In this document: positions 53,615-63,429 of the stretch, one piece after another
Layout: each line of letters begins with the position of its first letter
Numbering within the stretch: the first letter of the stretch is position 1
Origin: Vicinamibacteria bacterium
GTDB lineage: Bacteria; Acidobacteriota; Vicinamibacteria; Marinacidobacterales; Marinacidobacteraceae
DNA length: 64,000 nt
Direction: 5' to 3'
Assembly: GCA_963555995.3 (NCBI GenBank)
Contig: OY821641.1
Span: forward strand, 2,912,001-2,976,000
Position numbers and translations under genes: made by a program
The notes under the pieces: generated by a model
What the model was told of the DNA's origin: nothing
Databases searched by the model: none
The model's input: the letters and a program-made list of their open reading frames with translations, nothing else

Positions 53615-54506
53615 TCGTGACCGTCGCCGGTCCGCCGTCTTCCGTCAGCCCGTAGTACTCCAGCCGGAACTGGTCGCTCGCGTAAGCGGGACCGCGCGGC
53701 GAGCCCTCGTGGATCTGGCGCATGATGCCGACGTTCCCCAGCGAAAGGAGGTGCCCGGGCGCCAGTTCCTTCCCCGAGTCGCGGAGCTGATCGCGCAGCC
53801 AGCGGACGGCCGCGATGGGGTCGTACCACTCGGCCATGGAGCCCTCCTGGATGACCGCGCCGTTCTCGTCCAGCACCGCGTAGTCGAAGGAGCGGAGCCG
53901 CGCGAGCCATTCCTCGGTGGGTTCGATGGGAACCGGCTCCCCCGCGAAGGCCCACCGGGAGATCATGTTGGAAACGATCATCCGGTTCACCGTGGCGGTC
54001 TCGGGGTCGTAGAAGGGATCGGGGATCTCGGCGAACGGCACCACCGCGTCCAGCCCCGCCAGGATCTCGAGGTCGGTCTCGGCGGTGTTGATGGAGGCGT
54101 CGCCGACGCGGAAGGCGAAGTCGGCTTCCAGGAACCCCGCGGCGGTCTCGTCCACCCGGATCGCATCGCCGTCATCCCGGAACATGCCCGAAAGGAGTTG
54201 CGCCCGGATGCCGCCGGGTGGGAAGTTCGGATTCGGCGGGTTGGGATCGTGACCCCCGGTCTTGTAGCCGACCACCTCGCCCATCGGCAGAATCTCGACC
54301 ATCTCGTCCTGCCAGCGGTACGCCTCGTCCAGCGGCATCTCGTGGACGAATCCGGTGAGCGGCCGCAGGTTCACGAAATCGTCCGCCATCGCCTCAACCT
54401 CCGCCCGGATCGCGGCTTCGCCCGAGACCTCGGGTTGGCCGCCGGCGCAGCCGCACGCCACCAACAACAGCCAGCCCGCCGCGCGCCTCGGCTTTCCGGG
54501 AACCAT
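53598..54506 (-). CDS. 2-keto-4-pentenoate hydratase-like (FAH superfamily) lipoprotein
   Basis: AY..Q, VGYKTG, EADFAF, P.AEIPD, P..AVRWL...L.PG; Cys lipobox. Confidence 0.7.
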   Translation of the reverse strand: MVPGKPRRAAGWLLLVACGCAGGQPEVSGEAAIRAEVEAMADDFVNLRPLTGFVHEMPLDEAYRWQDEMVEILPMGEVVGYKTGGHDPNPPNPNFPPGGIRAQLLSGMFRDDGDAIRVDETAAGFLEADFAFRVGDASINTAETDLEILAGLDAVVPFAEIPDPFYDPETATVNRMIVSNMISRWAFAGEPVPIEPTEEWLARLRSFDYAVLDENGAVIQEGSMAEWYDPIAAVRWLRDQLRDSGKELAPGHLLSLGNVGIMRQIHEGSPRGPAYASDQFRLEYYGLTEDGGPATVTINIAR

Positions 54507-54650
54507 CGGCTCACCCTCCTGCTTCGAGTATGTCACCCCGATACGCCTCGGGGATCGCCGCCTTCGAAGGCGGCGCCGGGACCGAACCCGGCGACAATAC
54601 GCGGCCCGCTCCCCGCCGGGAGCGCGATGCGAACGAGGAGAATACGAACC

Positions 54651-56042
54651 ATGGCGGCGAGAGCGGCTTCCGGAAAACGGAAAACGGGACGCGCGCTGAA
54701 CGCCCGGAACCTGGCGTCTCTCGGCGCTCCCCGGCTCGCCGACCTGCTGATGGAGCTGACCTCGTCGGATGCCGGCGCCAAACGCCGGCTTCGCCTCGAA
54801 CTGGCGGTCCAGGCAGGCCCGGAGGCGGTGGCGAAGCTGTCGCGCACGCGCCTCGGAGTCCTCGCGAAGGCCACGACCTCCGTTTCGTGGAAGCAGACGC
54901 CCGCACTGGTTGCCGAACTGGAGGCCCATCACGACGCCATCATGGGCGCGACCGCACGCGAGAAACCGGCGCTGGCGATGGAACTCTTGTGGCTGCTGAT
55001 CGGGGCCGCCATTTCGCTGCGGGACCGCAGCGGCCTGTACATCGGGCTCCACGAGAAAGCGATCGGGCAGCTTGGAGAGTTGGCCGGCGTCGCCAGGCCA
55101 GACCCGGAGGCGCTCGCCGAAGACGTCTTCCGGGCGCTGGTTCACGGACCCGACCGGAACCTGCCGGTCATTGCGGCGCTCGCGCCGCACCTCGGAGCCG
55201 CTGGACTGGCGCACCTCAAGCGGCGGTTGCGGGAGGGCGACCCTCATGGCCGGGCGGGGCGCGAGGCGCTGCTCGCCATCGCGGACGCCGAGGGCGACGT
55301 GGAGGAGTACATCCGCCTCCATCCCGCGAAGGAGCGCCGGAACCCAAGCCCCGCCGCGGCCATCGCCCAGCGCCTGGTCGCCGCCGGCCGCGCCGAGGAA
55401 GCGCTGCAGATCCTCGACGCCACGACCGGGGAAACACACCCGAAGCGCACCGACGGGCGTCGGGACTTCAACTGGTCGGACGCGCGGATCGCCGCGCTGG
55501 AGGCGCTGGGCCGCCCCGCAGACGCCCAGCGCGAGCGCCGAGCCTGCTTCGACCGGGTGCTTTCCGTCGAGCACCTGCGCGCATGGCTGCGGCAGTTTCC
55601 GGACACCTTCGACGCCATGGACGAGGAGGAGCGGGCCTTCGACCACGCGGAAAGAACCCACTCCGCCGGCTCCCTGCTGGAGTTCTTCATCGAGTGGCCG
55701 GACCTGGGACGGGCGTCCGCCCTGGTGCTCCGACGGGCGAAGGAGTTGGACGGGCGACCGTGGTGGAAGTTGGAGACGGCCGCGGAGGCGCTGGCCGCCC
55801 GCTATCCGCTCGCCGCCACCCTCGTGCTGCGCGTCGCGCTCGAATCGTGTCTCCGGTACCGGTCAACGAGCAGGACGGACCAGAAGGAAACCGACCGGGA
55901 GCGAGCGGGCCTGTTCCGGGCCTGCGCCGAGCTGGCGCCGGAGGTCACGGATTACGGCGCCCACCCGACCCACGACGCCTATGTGTCCCGGTTACGCGAG
56001 AAGCATCCCTACAGCTACCACCTCTGGTCGGAAGTGAAGTAG
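54651..56042 (+). CDS. DUF6880-like helical protein
   Basis: LNARNLASLGAPRLADLL...KRRLRLELA, PLAATL, H..Y...LR..H C-terminus. Confidence 0.7.
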   Translation: MAARAASGKRKTGRALNARNLASLGAPRLADLLMELTSSDAGAKRRLRLELAVQAGPEAVAKLSRTRLGVLAKATTSVSWKQTPALVAELEAHHDAIMGATAREKPALAMELLWLLIGAAISLRDRSGLYIGLHEKAIGQLGELAGVARPDPEALAEDVFRALVHGPDRNLPVIAALAPHLGAAGLAHLKRRLREGDPHGRAGREALLAIADAEGDVEEYIRLHPAKERRNPSPAAAIAQRLVAAGRAEEALQILDATTGETHPKRTDGRRDFNWSDARIAALEALGRPADAQRERRACFDRVLSVEHLRAWLRQFPDTFDAMDEEERAFDHAERTHSAGSLLEFFIEWPDLGRASALVLRRAKELDGRPWWKLETAAEALAARYPLAATLVLRVALESCLRYRSTSRTDQKETDRERAGLFRACAELAPEVTDYGAHPTHDAYVSRLREKHPYSYHLWSEVK

Positions 56043-56167
56043 GCCGCCGCCGCGTGTGCACCTCTCGGAGATGTGTGCCGATTGTATTGTTCGCTATACA
56101 ATCGGGCAACAACAGGGCCGCTCGATAGAACGGTTCACCCCCTCGCGGTTCCGGCGCCACTCCTCCC

Positions 56168-57367
56168 ATGTCTCGTCCTCCCGGTTTCATTCCTCGCGCG
56201 ATCACGCCCGCCCTGCGCCGTCTGCGCGCCGGGTTCCCGGTCGTCTGTCTGACGGGCGCGCGCCAGGTCGGGAAGACGACCCTCGTGCGGGCGGAGTTCC
56301 CCGAACTCCCGTACGTCTCCCTGGAGCCTCCCGACGTTCGCGCCGAGGCGGTGGAAGATCCCCGCAAGTTCCTCGCCCGCTGGCCGCGGGGAGCCATTCT
56401 GGACGAGGTGCAACGCGCCCCCGACCTCCTGTCCTATCTCCAGCCGCTCGTGGACGAGCGTCCCGATGAGCTCCGTTTCGTGCTCACCGGCTCCCAGGAC
56501 TTCGCGGTGTTTCAGCGGGTGAGCCAGTCGCTCGCCGGCCGAGTGCTGTCGCTCGAGCTCCCCGCATTCACCTATCGCGAGGCATTCGGCGACCGCCGGC
56601 CGCCGCTCGACGTCGTCCTGACCTCCGGCATGTTCCCCCCGGTGCACGCGCGCGGCGCGGACTTCGGCGCCTGGCTCGATTCGTATGTGGACACGTTCCT
56701 GGAGCGCGATGTTCGCCAAGTGACCCTGGTGCGGGACCTGCTGCGCTTCCGCAAGTTCCTTCAACTCTGCGCCGGGCGGACCGGACAGGTGCTCAACGTC
56801 ACCCGCTTGGCGAACGACGCCGATGTGACCCGCGTGACGGTGATGGAATGGATGGCCATTCTCGAATCCCACTATGTGACCTGGCGCCTCCCACCGGCGG
56901 TCGGGAGCGTCCGCAAGCGGACCATCCGGGCGTCCAAGCTGTATTTCCATGACGCCGGCCTCGCCGCCCGGCTCCTGGGAATCACCGGGCCGGAAATGCT
57001 CGCGCTCCACCCGCTGCGTGGAGCCATCTTCGAGACCTGGGTGGTGTCGGAAATACGCAAGCATTTCCGGAACCGCGGGATCCGGGCGCCGCTCGGATTC
57101 TGGGAGCCCCAGGGCGGCCGGGGGGTGGATCTCGTCATCGGGCGCGAGCCCGTCTGGAGCGCGGTGGAGATCAAGACCTCAGTCGGGTACCGCCCGGAAC
57201 TGGTCCGGGGTCTCCGTCACTGGGCGGAAGTCTTCGAAGCTCCCGAGGCCCGCGCCGTTCTCGTTCACGGCGCCGAGGAGAGCGAACCCCACCGCTCGCC
57301 CCCGACCGCGAGCTTCCGCGACATCGAATCCGTTGTAGAACGAATCCTGGGCGCAACCCCCGGGTAG
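56168..57367 (+). CDS. AAA_14 ATPase with DUF4143
   Basis: GARQVGKTT, DEVQ, LTGS, SLAGR, KLYFHDAG, G.IFET, VD...EIK. Confidence 0.92.
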   Translation: MSRPPGFIPRAITPALRRLRAGFPVVCLTGARQVGKTTLVRAEFPELPYVSLEPPDVRAEAVEDPRKFLARWPRGAILDEVQRAPDLLSYLQPLVDERPDELRFVLTGSQDFAVFQRVSQSLAGRVLSLELPAFTYREAFGDRRPPLDVVLTSGMFPPVHARGADFGAWLDSYVDTFLERDVRQVTLVRDLLRFRKFLQLCAGRTGQVLNVTRLANDADVTRVTVMEWMAILESHYVTWRLPPAVGSVRKRTIRASKLYFHDAGLAARLLGITGPEMLALHPLRGAIFETWVVSEIRKHFRNRGIRAPLGFWEPQGGRGVDLVIGREPVWSAVEIKTSVGYRPELVRGLRHWAEVFEAPEARAVLVHGAEESEPHRSPPTASFRDIESVVERILGATPG

Positions 57368-57476
57368 CACCGTTCATCGGGACGTCACGACCGGGAGCGC
57401 CGGTCTTCAGACCGGCATCGCGGCCGCCGGCCGCGAAACTCCCTGGTCACTCGCCCGACATCGACTGCCCGACAGA

Positions 57477-57847
57477 TTGACCGGAGCTTTGACCGGAGCT
57501 CCCTTCGTTTGACCGGAGCTTCGGTCAATTGACCAGAGCTTTGACCATTGCTCCGGCCGTTTGACCGGAGCTTTGACCATTGCTCGACCGGGTTTGACGG
57601 CAGTCGTCGGGAGAATCCGGGCAATAGCTCCGAAATCGGTCACGACCGGCCCGAAAGACCGAATTCAGGCCGAAAAAGACCGATTTCGGCCGAAAGAACC
57701 GATTCCAGCGGCAACCGCTGGATCATCCGAATACGGCGGGGCAACGCCGGAATTCAGGGGAATTGACCCCAGCTCCGGTCAATTGACCCATGCTCTTGAC
57801 CGGAGCTCCCATCAATTGACCGGAGCTTTGACCGGAGCTCCGGTCAA
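57477..57847. repeat. Bipartite array of ~12 TTGACCGGAGCT 12-mers with a 20-bp-repeat central spacer
   Basis: Copies at 57477, 57489, 57509, 57529, 57541, 57561, 57573 and 57763, 57783, 57796, 57816, 57828; some extend into palindromes ending GGTCAA. Confidence 0.92.
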
Positions 57848-58007
57848 TTTCTGGTCGGAGGTGGAGAAGACCGCACCCCGCGCCTGAAGGTGGCGCGTAC
57901 GGCTTGGAACGCCGGTCTCCAGACCGGCACGCGCGCCGCTCCGCGGCGCGCACGTCGCAACTCCACCCGCCCACATGGCTGTACTACCGGGACCGCCAGT
58001 CTTCAGG

Positions 58008-58355
58008 TCAGGCCGGCGCCGCCCGCCCGCTGATGCCCTGGTTGGACTCCTGCTTCTCGGGGCAGCGGTCGGCGATGGCGGTTTTCACGGCTTCGAGGTG
58101 CTCTTGAGCCTCGCGGACCCTCTTGGCGTGACGCCACTCGTCGTCTCCCTGGTTGGAGCGAGCGTGAACGTCACCCATGAGGTCGCGGGTGTCCAGGTCC
58201 GTGGTATCGCCTCCGAGCGTGCGGACCGTCCGCTCCGCGTCCTCCAGCTCGGCCTCCAACGCTTCGCAGGTCATCTCGGGAGGGAACGCCGGCGGCTTCG
58301 CGCAGCCGCCAACGAGAGCAACGGCGGGAACGAGCAGGAGGGTGAGTCTGGTCAT
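58008..58355 (-). CDS. Small hypothetical lipoprotein
   Basis: RBS GGAGGA, signal peptide ending VGGC, two further Cys. Confidence 0.7.
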   Translation of the reverse strand: MTRLTLLLVPAVALVGGCAKPPAFPPEMTCEALEAELEDAERTVRTLGGDTTDLDTRDLMGDVHARSNQGDDEWRHAKRVREAQEHLEAVKTAIADRCPEKQESNQGISGRAAPA

Positions 58356-58414
58356 GGTTCTTCCTCCTTCGGAATCGCCGGCCCTGCCGAGTCGGACACA
58401 TGATCCCAGAACGC

Positions 58415-58448
58415 AAAACGGGGGAGCCTCCGGAGAGGCTCCCCCGTT
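58415..58448 (-). terminator. Intrinsic terminator
   Basis: Perfect 14-bp stem aacgggggagcctc/gaggctcccccgtt ending in TTTT, downstream of the TonB receptor stop. Confidence 0.8.
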
Positions 58449-58500
58449 GAAGTGTCCCGTCCGGCGGGCGCCGGAGCGCCCGCCGGATCAGGAAAGTTGC

Positions 58501-61359
58501 TTAGAACAGCAGCTTCACGGTGAAGCGGATGATCCGCGGCGGCAGCACCCGCGACGGCTGCAGGTAGCGCGAGCCGAAGCCCGTGATCAGCGCGTCCGCC
58601 TTCTGCGAGTTGAAGATGTTCGCGAAGTCGGCGCCGATCTCGATCCGGGCCTGGTCAATGTCGAACCCCTTGCGGAAGTTGATGTCGAGCAGGTCGGTGA
58701 TGGTCTCGGTGCGCTCGTCGCCACGCTCGTAGGCGTAGATGGACTCCGAACCCTGCACCAGCCCCGTGGCCCGCGCGGTGGAAACCAGCGGGTTGCCGGC
58801 CCGGGCCCGGTAGTTCCAGGCGATCTGGATGTCGAGCGGAGCGATGTAGCTGCCCGCCACGTTGAACACCCACGGCACGTCGGTCAGGACCGCGCCGTCG
58901 AGCCGGTTGATCTCGCGGTTCGGGTTGTTCCAGTCGGTGCCGTCGTACGGCAACCCGTGCGGAACGCCGCGGTGACTGGAGAAAGTCGCCCCTCCGAGCA
59001 ACTGCCAGCGGTTCGAGAACCGCTTCTGGAGCTGGAACGCAACCCCGTTGTAGTTGGTCTGCAGCTTCTCGAGGTTGGTGATCGTGTTGTCCTGCAGACC
59101 CCGGTACGCCTCCTGGAGTTCGTACACCTCGTACGTCGCCTGGGGACAGGTCGCGCACTCGAAGCTGGTCAGCGTGTAGGCCGACGGCGGCCGCGCCAGG
59201 TTCAAACGCCCGAGGGAATCCCGGTGTTGGCGGCGGTGGTAGGTGGCGCTGAACGAGACCTCGGTGCCGAGGGTCATGTCCACGCCGAGCGAAATGTCGT
59301 CGCTGTAAGGGCGGCCCGCGTCCTTGTCGTAGGGCGAGGCGCCAGCGCCCGAGAAACCGTTGAACTCGGAGAGATCCACTTCGGGGCTGTCCGCCAGCGT
59401 GCCGGACGGGCCGATGTCCACCAGCCTGTCGCCGTCGAGGTCGTTCCAGCCGACCCACGCGGAGCGACCGGCGTTCGGGTTCGCGGCCCCGGAGAGCGCG
59501 TTCCCCATCTGCGTGTAATAGCGGCCCCAGCCGCCCTTCAACGCCGCCCGGCCGTCGCCGAAGAGGTCGTAGGCGAAGCTGAGCCTCGGCCCGACGTTCA
59601 TCGGCCAGTCGGGGAATCCGCCGATCTCCGACGTAACCTCGAAGGACGCGTCGGTGAGCTGCTCCGAGATGGCGGCCCAGGTCCCAGCCGGGCTGCTCTG
59701 CACGGGGACGTAGCCGTAGACGCCGTCGAGGCGGACACCGATGTTCAGGGTCAGCCGGTCGCCGATGGTCCAGGCATCCTGCGCGTAGAGGGCCCACGTG
59801 TTCAGCCGCTCGTGGGACGTCTTGGGGGTCCGGGAAATGTTGATCCGGGTCGGTACGCCGTCGCTGAGTTCACCGAAGGCATCGCCGCTCTTGAACTGGC
59901 GGCTCTCGATGTACTCGCGGGAGGCTTGTCCGCCGACCTTGAAGTTGTGCGAGCCGCCGGCAGTGTCGAGGTAGTATGTCAGCGAACCGTTGAACTGGTT
60001 CCGGTGGTTCGGACCCCACGATTCGCCGCGCGGGTCCGCGTTGAAGAGTTCCGCCCGAACCGGATCGCGCACGGCGATGTCGTTCTCCGTGCAGGGCCGG
60101 GCGTCCGGATACTCATCCACGGGAATGCCGCAGTACTCCGAATACAGGATGTAGGGAGTCACACCCGTCATGCGCCCGAAACGCAGATCGAGGAGCGCCG
60201 CATCGCCGAGCACCCGGTTGTAGGAGGCGATGTAGTTGTCGGCCCACTGATCCTGGAAGCGCGCGAGCTCGTCGGCCACCGCGGTGTAGGGAGGGTCGCG
60301 CCGGTGATAGCGGTCCTTCCAGTTGCGCTGGAGCGTCACCGAAAGCCGGTCGTTGTCGGTGGCCTGTAAAGTGAACTTGCCGCTGAGGTTGCGGATCCGG
60401 TTGTCGTCGATTGGCTGCGGCCCGACATAGTCGGCCGGGGTGCTGACCTCCTGCTCGTGGATCCAGTCGCGGTAGGCGGTGAAGAACCACGCCTTGTCCC
60501 GGACGATCGGCCCGCCGAGGGTGCCGTTGATGTCAAGCGACTTGGTGATGGGGGCCCCGCCCGCCTCGGCGGGTTCTCCCTGGAGATCCACCGCGTTCCA
60601 GAGCCCGATCGCGTCGCCGCTGAACTCGTTGCCGCCGGTCTTCACGACCATGTTCATCAGCACGCCGCCGGTGTCGGACTCGGCCGTGTGCTGCGAGGTC
60701 TGGAAGTTGAACTCCTCGTACATGGAGAAGCCGTAGTACTGCATCGTCCAGCCGCCGGTGCTGCCGGGCCAGTTCACCTTGAGGCCGTCCACGCTAAAGG
60801 TCTGCATGGCCGCCGACGATCCGAACATTTCCATGCCGTACTGCTGCATGCCGTTGCTGCCGCCGACGTCGATCCGCGTGGTCACCATGCCCGGCACCAG
60901 TCCGGCCATGACCCACGGGTTCCGTCCGGTGGGAACGGCTTCGAGCAGTTCGCGCTCGATGTTGGTCTGGACGGTGGCGCTCCGAACATCGACGACGGGT
61001 GCGTCACCGGTAACGGTCACGGTTTCCTCGACGCCCGAAATCCCCAGCGAGGCGTTCACCTCAAGGGTGCGGGCCACGCTGAGCCGGACGCCTTCCTGCA
61101 CCACCGTCTGGAACCCGGAGAGGGCGAAGCTGACGCTGTACTCACCCGGCGGAAGGGCCGGATGGCTGTACGAGCCTCCGGCTCCGGTGGTCGTGCTGCG
61201 GGGCGCGATCAGCGCGGGGCTGTTGACGGTCACCGTCACCCCGGGGAGGACGGCCCCCTGTTCATCGGTCGCCGTCCCGGTGATCGTGCCCGTCTGCTGG
61301 GCGAACGCCGGGACCGCCGCAAGCATCGCGAGCGCGACCAGAAATGCGGTCTTACGCAT
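58501..61359 (-). CDS. TonB-dependent receptor (Oar-like)
   Basis: GTATDEQGAVLPGVTV, GG..NMVVKTGGN, terminal Phe; ATG at 61359. Confidence 0.92.
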   Translation of the reverse strand: MRKTAFLVALAMLAAVPAFAQQTGTITGTATDEQGAVLPGVTVTVNSPALIAPRSTTTGAGGSYSHPALPPGEYSVSFALSGFQTVVQEGVRLSVARTLEVNASLGISGVEETVTVTGDAPVVDVRSATVQTNIERELLEAVPTGRNPWVMAGLVPGMVTTRIDVGGSNGMQQYGMEMFGSSAAMQTFSVDGLKVNWPGSTGGWTMQYYGFSMYEEFNFQTSQHTAESDTGGVLMNMVVKTGGNEFSGDAIGLWNAVDLQGEPAEAGGAPITKSLDINGTLGGPIVRDKAWFFTAYRDWIHEQEVSTPADYVGPQPIDDNRIRNLSGKFTLQATDNDRLSVTLQRNWKDRYHRRDPPYTAVADELARFQDQWADNYIASYNRVLGDAALLDLRFGRMTGVTPYILYSEYCGIPVDEYPDARPCTENDIAVRDPVRAELFNADPRGESWGPNHRNQFNGSLTYYLDTAGGSHNFKVGGQASREYIESRQFKSGDAFGELSDGVPTRINISRTPKTSHERLNTWALYAQDAWTIGDRLTLNIGVRLDGVYGYVPVQSSPAGTWAAISEQLTDASFEVTSEIGGFPDWPMNVGPRLSFAYDLFGDGRAALKGGWGRYYTQMGNALSGAANPNAGRSAWVGWNDLDGDRLVDIGPSGTLADSPEVDLSEFNGFSGAGASPYDKDAGRPYSDDISLGVDMTLGTEVSFSATYHRRQHRDSLGRLNLARPPSAYTLTSFECATCPQATYEVYELQEAYRGLQDNTITNLEKLQTNYNGVAFQLQKRFSNRWQLLGGATFSSHRGVPHGLPYDGTDWNNPNREINRLDGAVLTDVPWVFNVAGSYIAPLDIQIAWNYRARAGNPLVSTARATGLVQGSESIYAYERGDERTETITDLLDINFRKGFDIDQARIEIGADFANIFNSQKADALITGFGSRYLQPSRVLPPRIIRFTVKLLF

Positions 61360-61764
61360 GGAGAACCTCCTCACGAGGCGTGGTTCGAAGGGCCGAGTCC
61401 GGGCAGCCAGCCTGGTGGCGCCGGAGGGAATGCGCGTTGGTTGGACGCCGCCGCCCCGTGAGGGCGCGTCCGCGCGCAATCGGCCGAAAAGGATGGAAAG
61501 TCAATTCGAGAGAAAGTATCACGCAAGGGTCATTCCCTGCCAGTACACAGTTCAGGGCCGGAATGCAAGAGCGATAACGTCCATTTTTTCAAGGGTTTAT
61601 GAAATGGACCGCCAGCGTCGCCACCGCGTCCCGGTTCGGGTTTCCGGTTTTTCGAACCGCAAGTCCAACGAGCCGTAGTTTCGTGGCGATCGTCCTCGTT
61701 CCGCCGGCCGGGGCGGCGCGGTGTCCGGAACCTGCGGCGGTCCGGGGGTCCGGACCGCCGCGCC

Positions 61765-62601
61765 GGTTTGGAACGCCGGCTTCAGCCGGCACAGCCTGCC
61801 GCAGGCGGGCAGCGGGACGGATCTCATCTGCCGGGATGGCGCGAAGGCCCGGAACGCTAGCCACTCGTTCCTTCATGGCGCCTTGCCGGCCCACGCGCCA
61901 TGCCGGCAGGAGCCTTACGTCGTTCCGCTGCGCTCTGCGCAGCGGGTGCCGGCTGAAGCCGGCGTTCCAAGCCGTTTCGCCGTTCTCATGGCCGGCGGGG
62001 TGCGCCGGAAGACACGCGCATGGACGTTGCTGTGAAAATGCGACTCCCGTGGGTCCGTCACCAGCCGTGATGGCGCCGCCGGCTTGGAGCGCCGGCTTCA
62101 GCCGGCACAGCCCGCCGCAGGCGGGCGGCGGGACGGATCTCATCTGCCGGGATGGCGTGAAGGCCCGGAACGCTGGCCACTCGTTCCTTCATGGCGCCTT
62201 GCCGGCCCACGCGCCATGCCGGCAGGAGCCTTACGTCGTTCCGCTGCGCTCTGCGCAGCGGGTGCCGGCTGAAGCCGGCGTTCCAAGCCGTTTCGCCGTT
62301 CTCATGGCCGGCGGGGTGCGCCGGAAGACACGCGCATGGACGTTGCTGTGAAAATGCGACTCCCGTGGGTCCGTCACCAGCCGTGATGGCGCCGCCGGCT
62401 TGGAGCGCCGGCTTCAGCCGGCACAGCCCGCCGCAGGCGGGCGGCGGGACGGATCTCATCTGCCGGGATGGCGCGAAGGCCCGGAACGCTGGCCACTCGT
62501 TCCTTCATGGCGCCTTGCCGGCCCACGCGCCATGCCGGCAGGAGCCTTACGTCGTTCCGCTGCGCTCCGCGCAGCGGGTGCCGGCTGAAGCCGGCGCTCC
62601 A
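61765..62601. repeat. Tandem array of a 316-bp REPIN-containing unit (~2.6 copies)
   Basis: Equivalent positions at 61770, 62086, 62402; near-identical copies. Confidence 0.95.
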
Positions 62602-62690
62602 GGCCCTTCTGCCGTCTTCATGACCGGCGGGGTGCGCGGGAGGAGACCCGCATGGACGTTTCTGCCGGTGGCGGTTCCCGGCCGGCAGTG

Positions 62691-62880
62691 CTATCTGCGC
62701 TGGCTGGGACCCGCGCGTGCGGAGTCGCTGGCGCCGCCGATATCGTCGGCGTCCGGTGGGCGGCCCATGAGGACGTTCTCGATGCGGAGAAAGCGGTTGT
62801 CTATCTGGAGGCTTTTGTTGGTGCTTTCTGCTTTCCTCGGGTGCGACGCCAGCGAGCGACGAACTTGGGAAGGCCCTCGC
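62691..62880 (-). pseudogene. Degenerate paralogue of the 63012-63353 gene
   Basis: QIDNRFLRIENVLMGRPPDAD vs IENRLVRIENILMGRAPDAD; no in-frame start upstream. Confidence 0.6.
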
Positions 62881-63011
62881 TGGCCGGGCGCATCCGCCCG
62901 CTCATTTCGGAGTCAATCTCGCGAGTCTCAGGGTCCGCAGCAATCCCGGCGTTGATCGCCGCCTCCTCGCCAAACCGAGCAGCGATCTCGGCAAACGGCA
63001 AACCGGCGAAC

Positions 63012-63353
63012 TCAGGACGCTGTTCTGTCCTCGACGTTGTTGGGCCGAGCGTCGGGATCACTCACTCCGTCGGCGTCGGGGGCGCGGCCCATCAGGATGT
63101 TCTCGATCCGCACCAGGCGATTCTCGATGCGGTTCTCTATCTGGCCCATGCGGTTTTCGATCTCGCCCATGCGGTTCTCGATCTGGACGAAGCGGCTGTT
63201 CATCGTGTTCTCAAGAGTGTCCACGCGGGACGCGAGGCCGTTCACGGTGCCCTTCAACTCACCGACATCGGAGACGCCCTTGGTGAGAAGCCCGAGCACG
63301 AAAACGAGCAGGACCGCCCCACCGATCCTGGTCCAGAGCGTGAGCATCTTCAT
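63012..63353 (-). CDS. Small membrane-anchored coiled-coil protein
   Basis: N-terminal TM segment, heptad repeats IENRMGE/IENRMGQ/IENR; RBS GGAGG. Confidence 0.7.
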   Translation of the reverse strand: MKMLTLWTRIGGAVLLVFVLGLLTKGVSDVGELKGTVNGLASRVDTLENTMNSRFVQIENRMGEIENRMGQIENRIENRLVRIENILMGRAPDADGVSDPDARPNNVEDRTAS

Positions 63354-63429
63354 GTTCCCGAGTGACCTCCCTACGGGAACGAACACTACCGCATCCGGCC
63401 GACTTCCGCCGTGCGCAGCGCGCGGCCCG

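Noticed and set aside
57385-57974. Short ORFs across the second array
   Set aside because: Repeat steps of 20 and 13 bp shift frame; no coherent protein or RBS. A decayed coding origin cannot be fully excluded.
61589-62955. ORFs within the 316-bp tandem repeat
   Set aside because: Period is not a multiple of three; the ORFs are translations of palindromic repeats.
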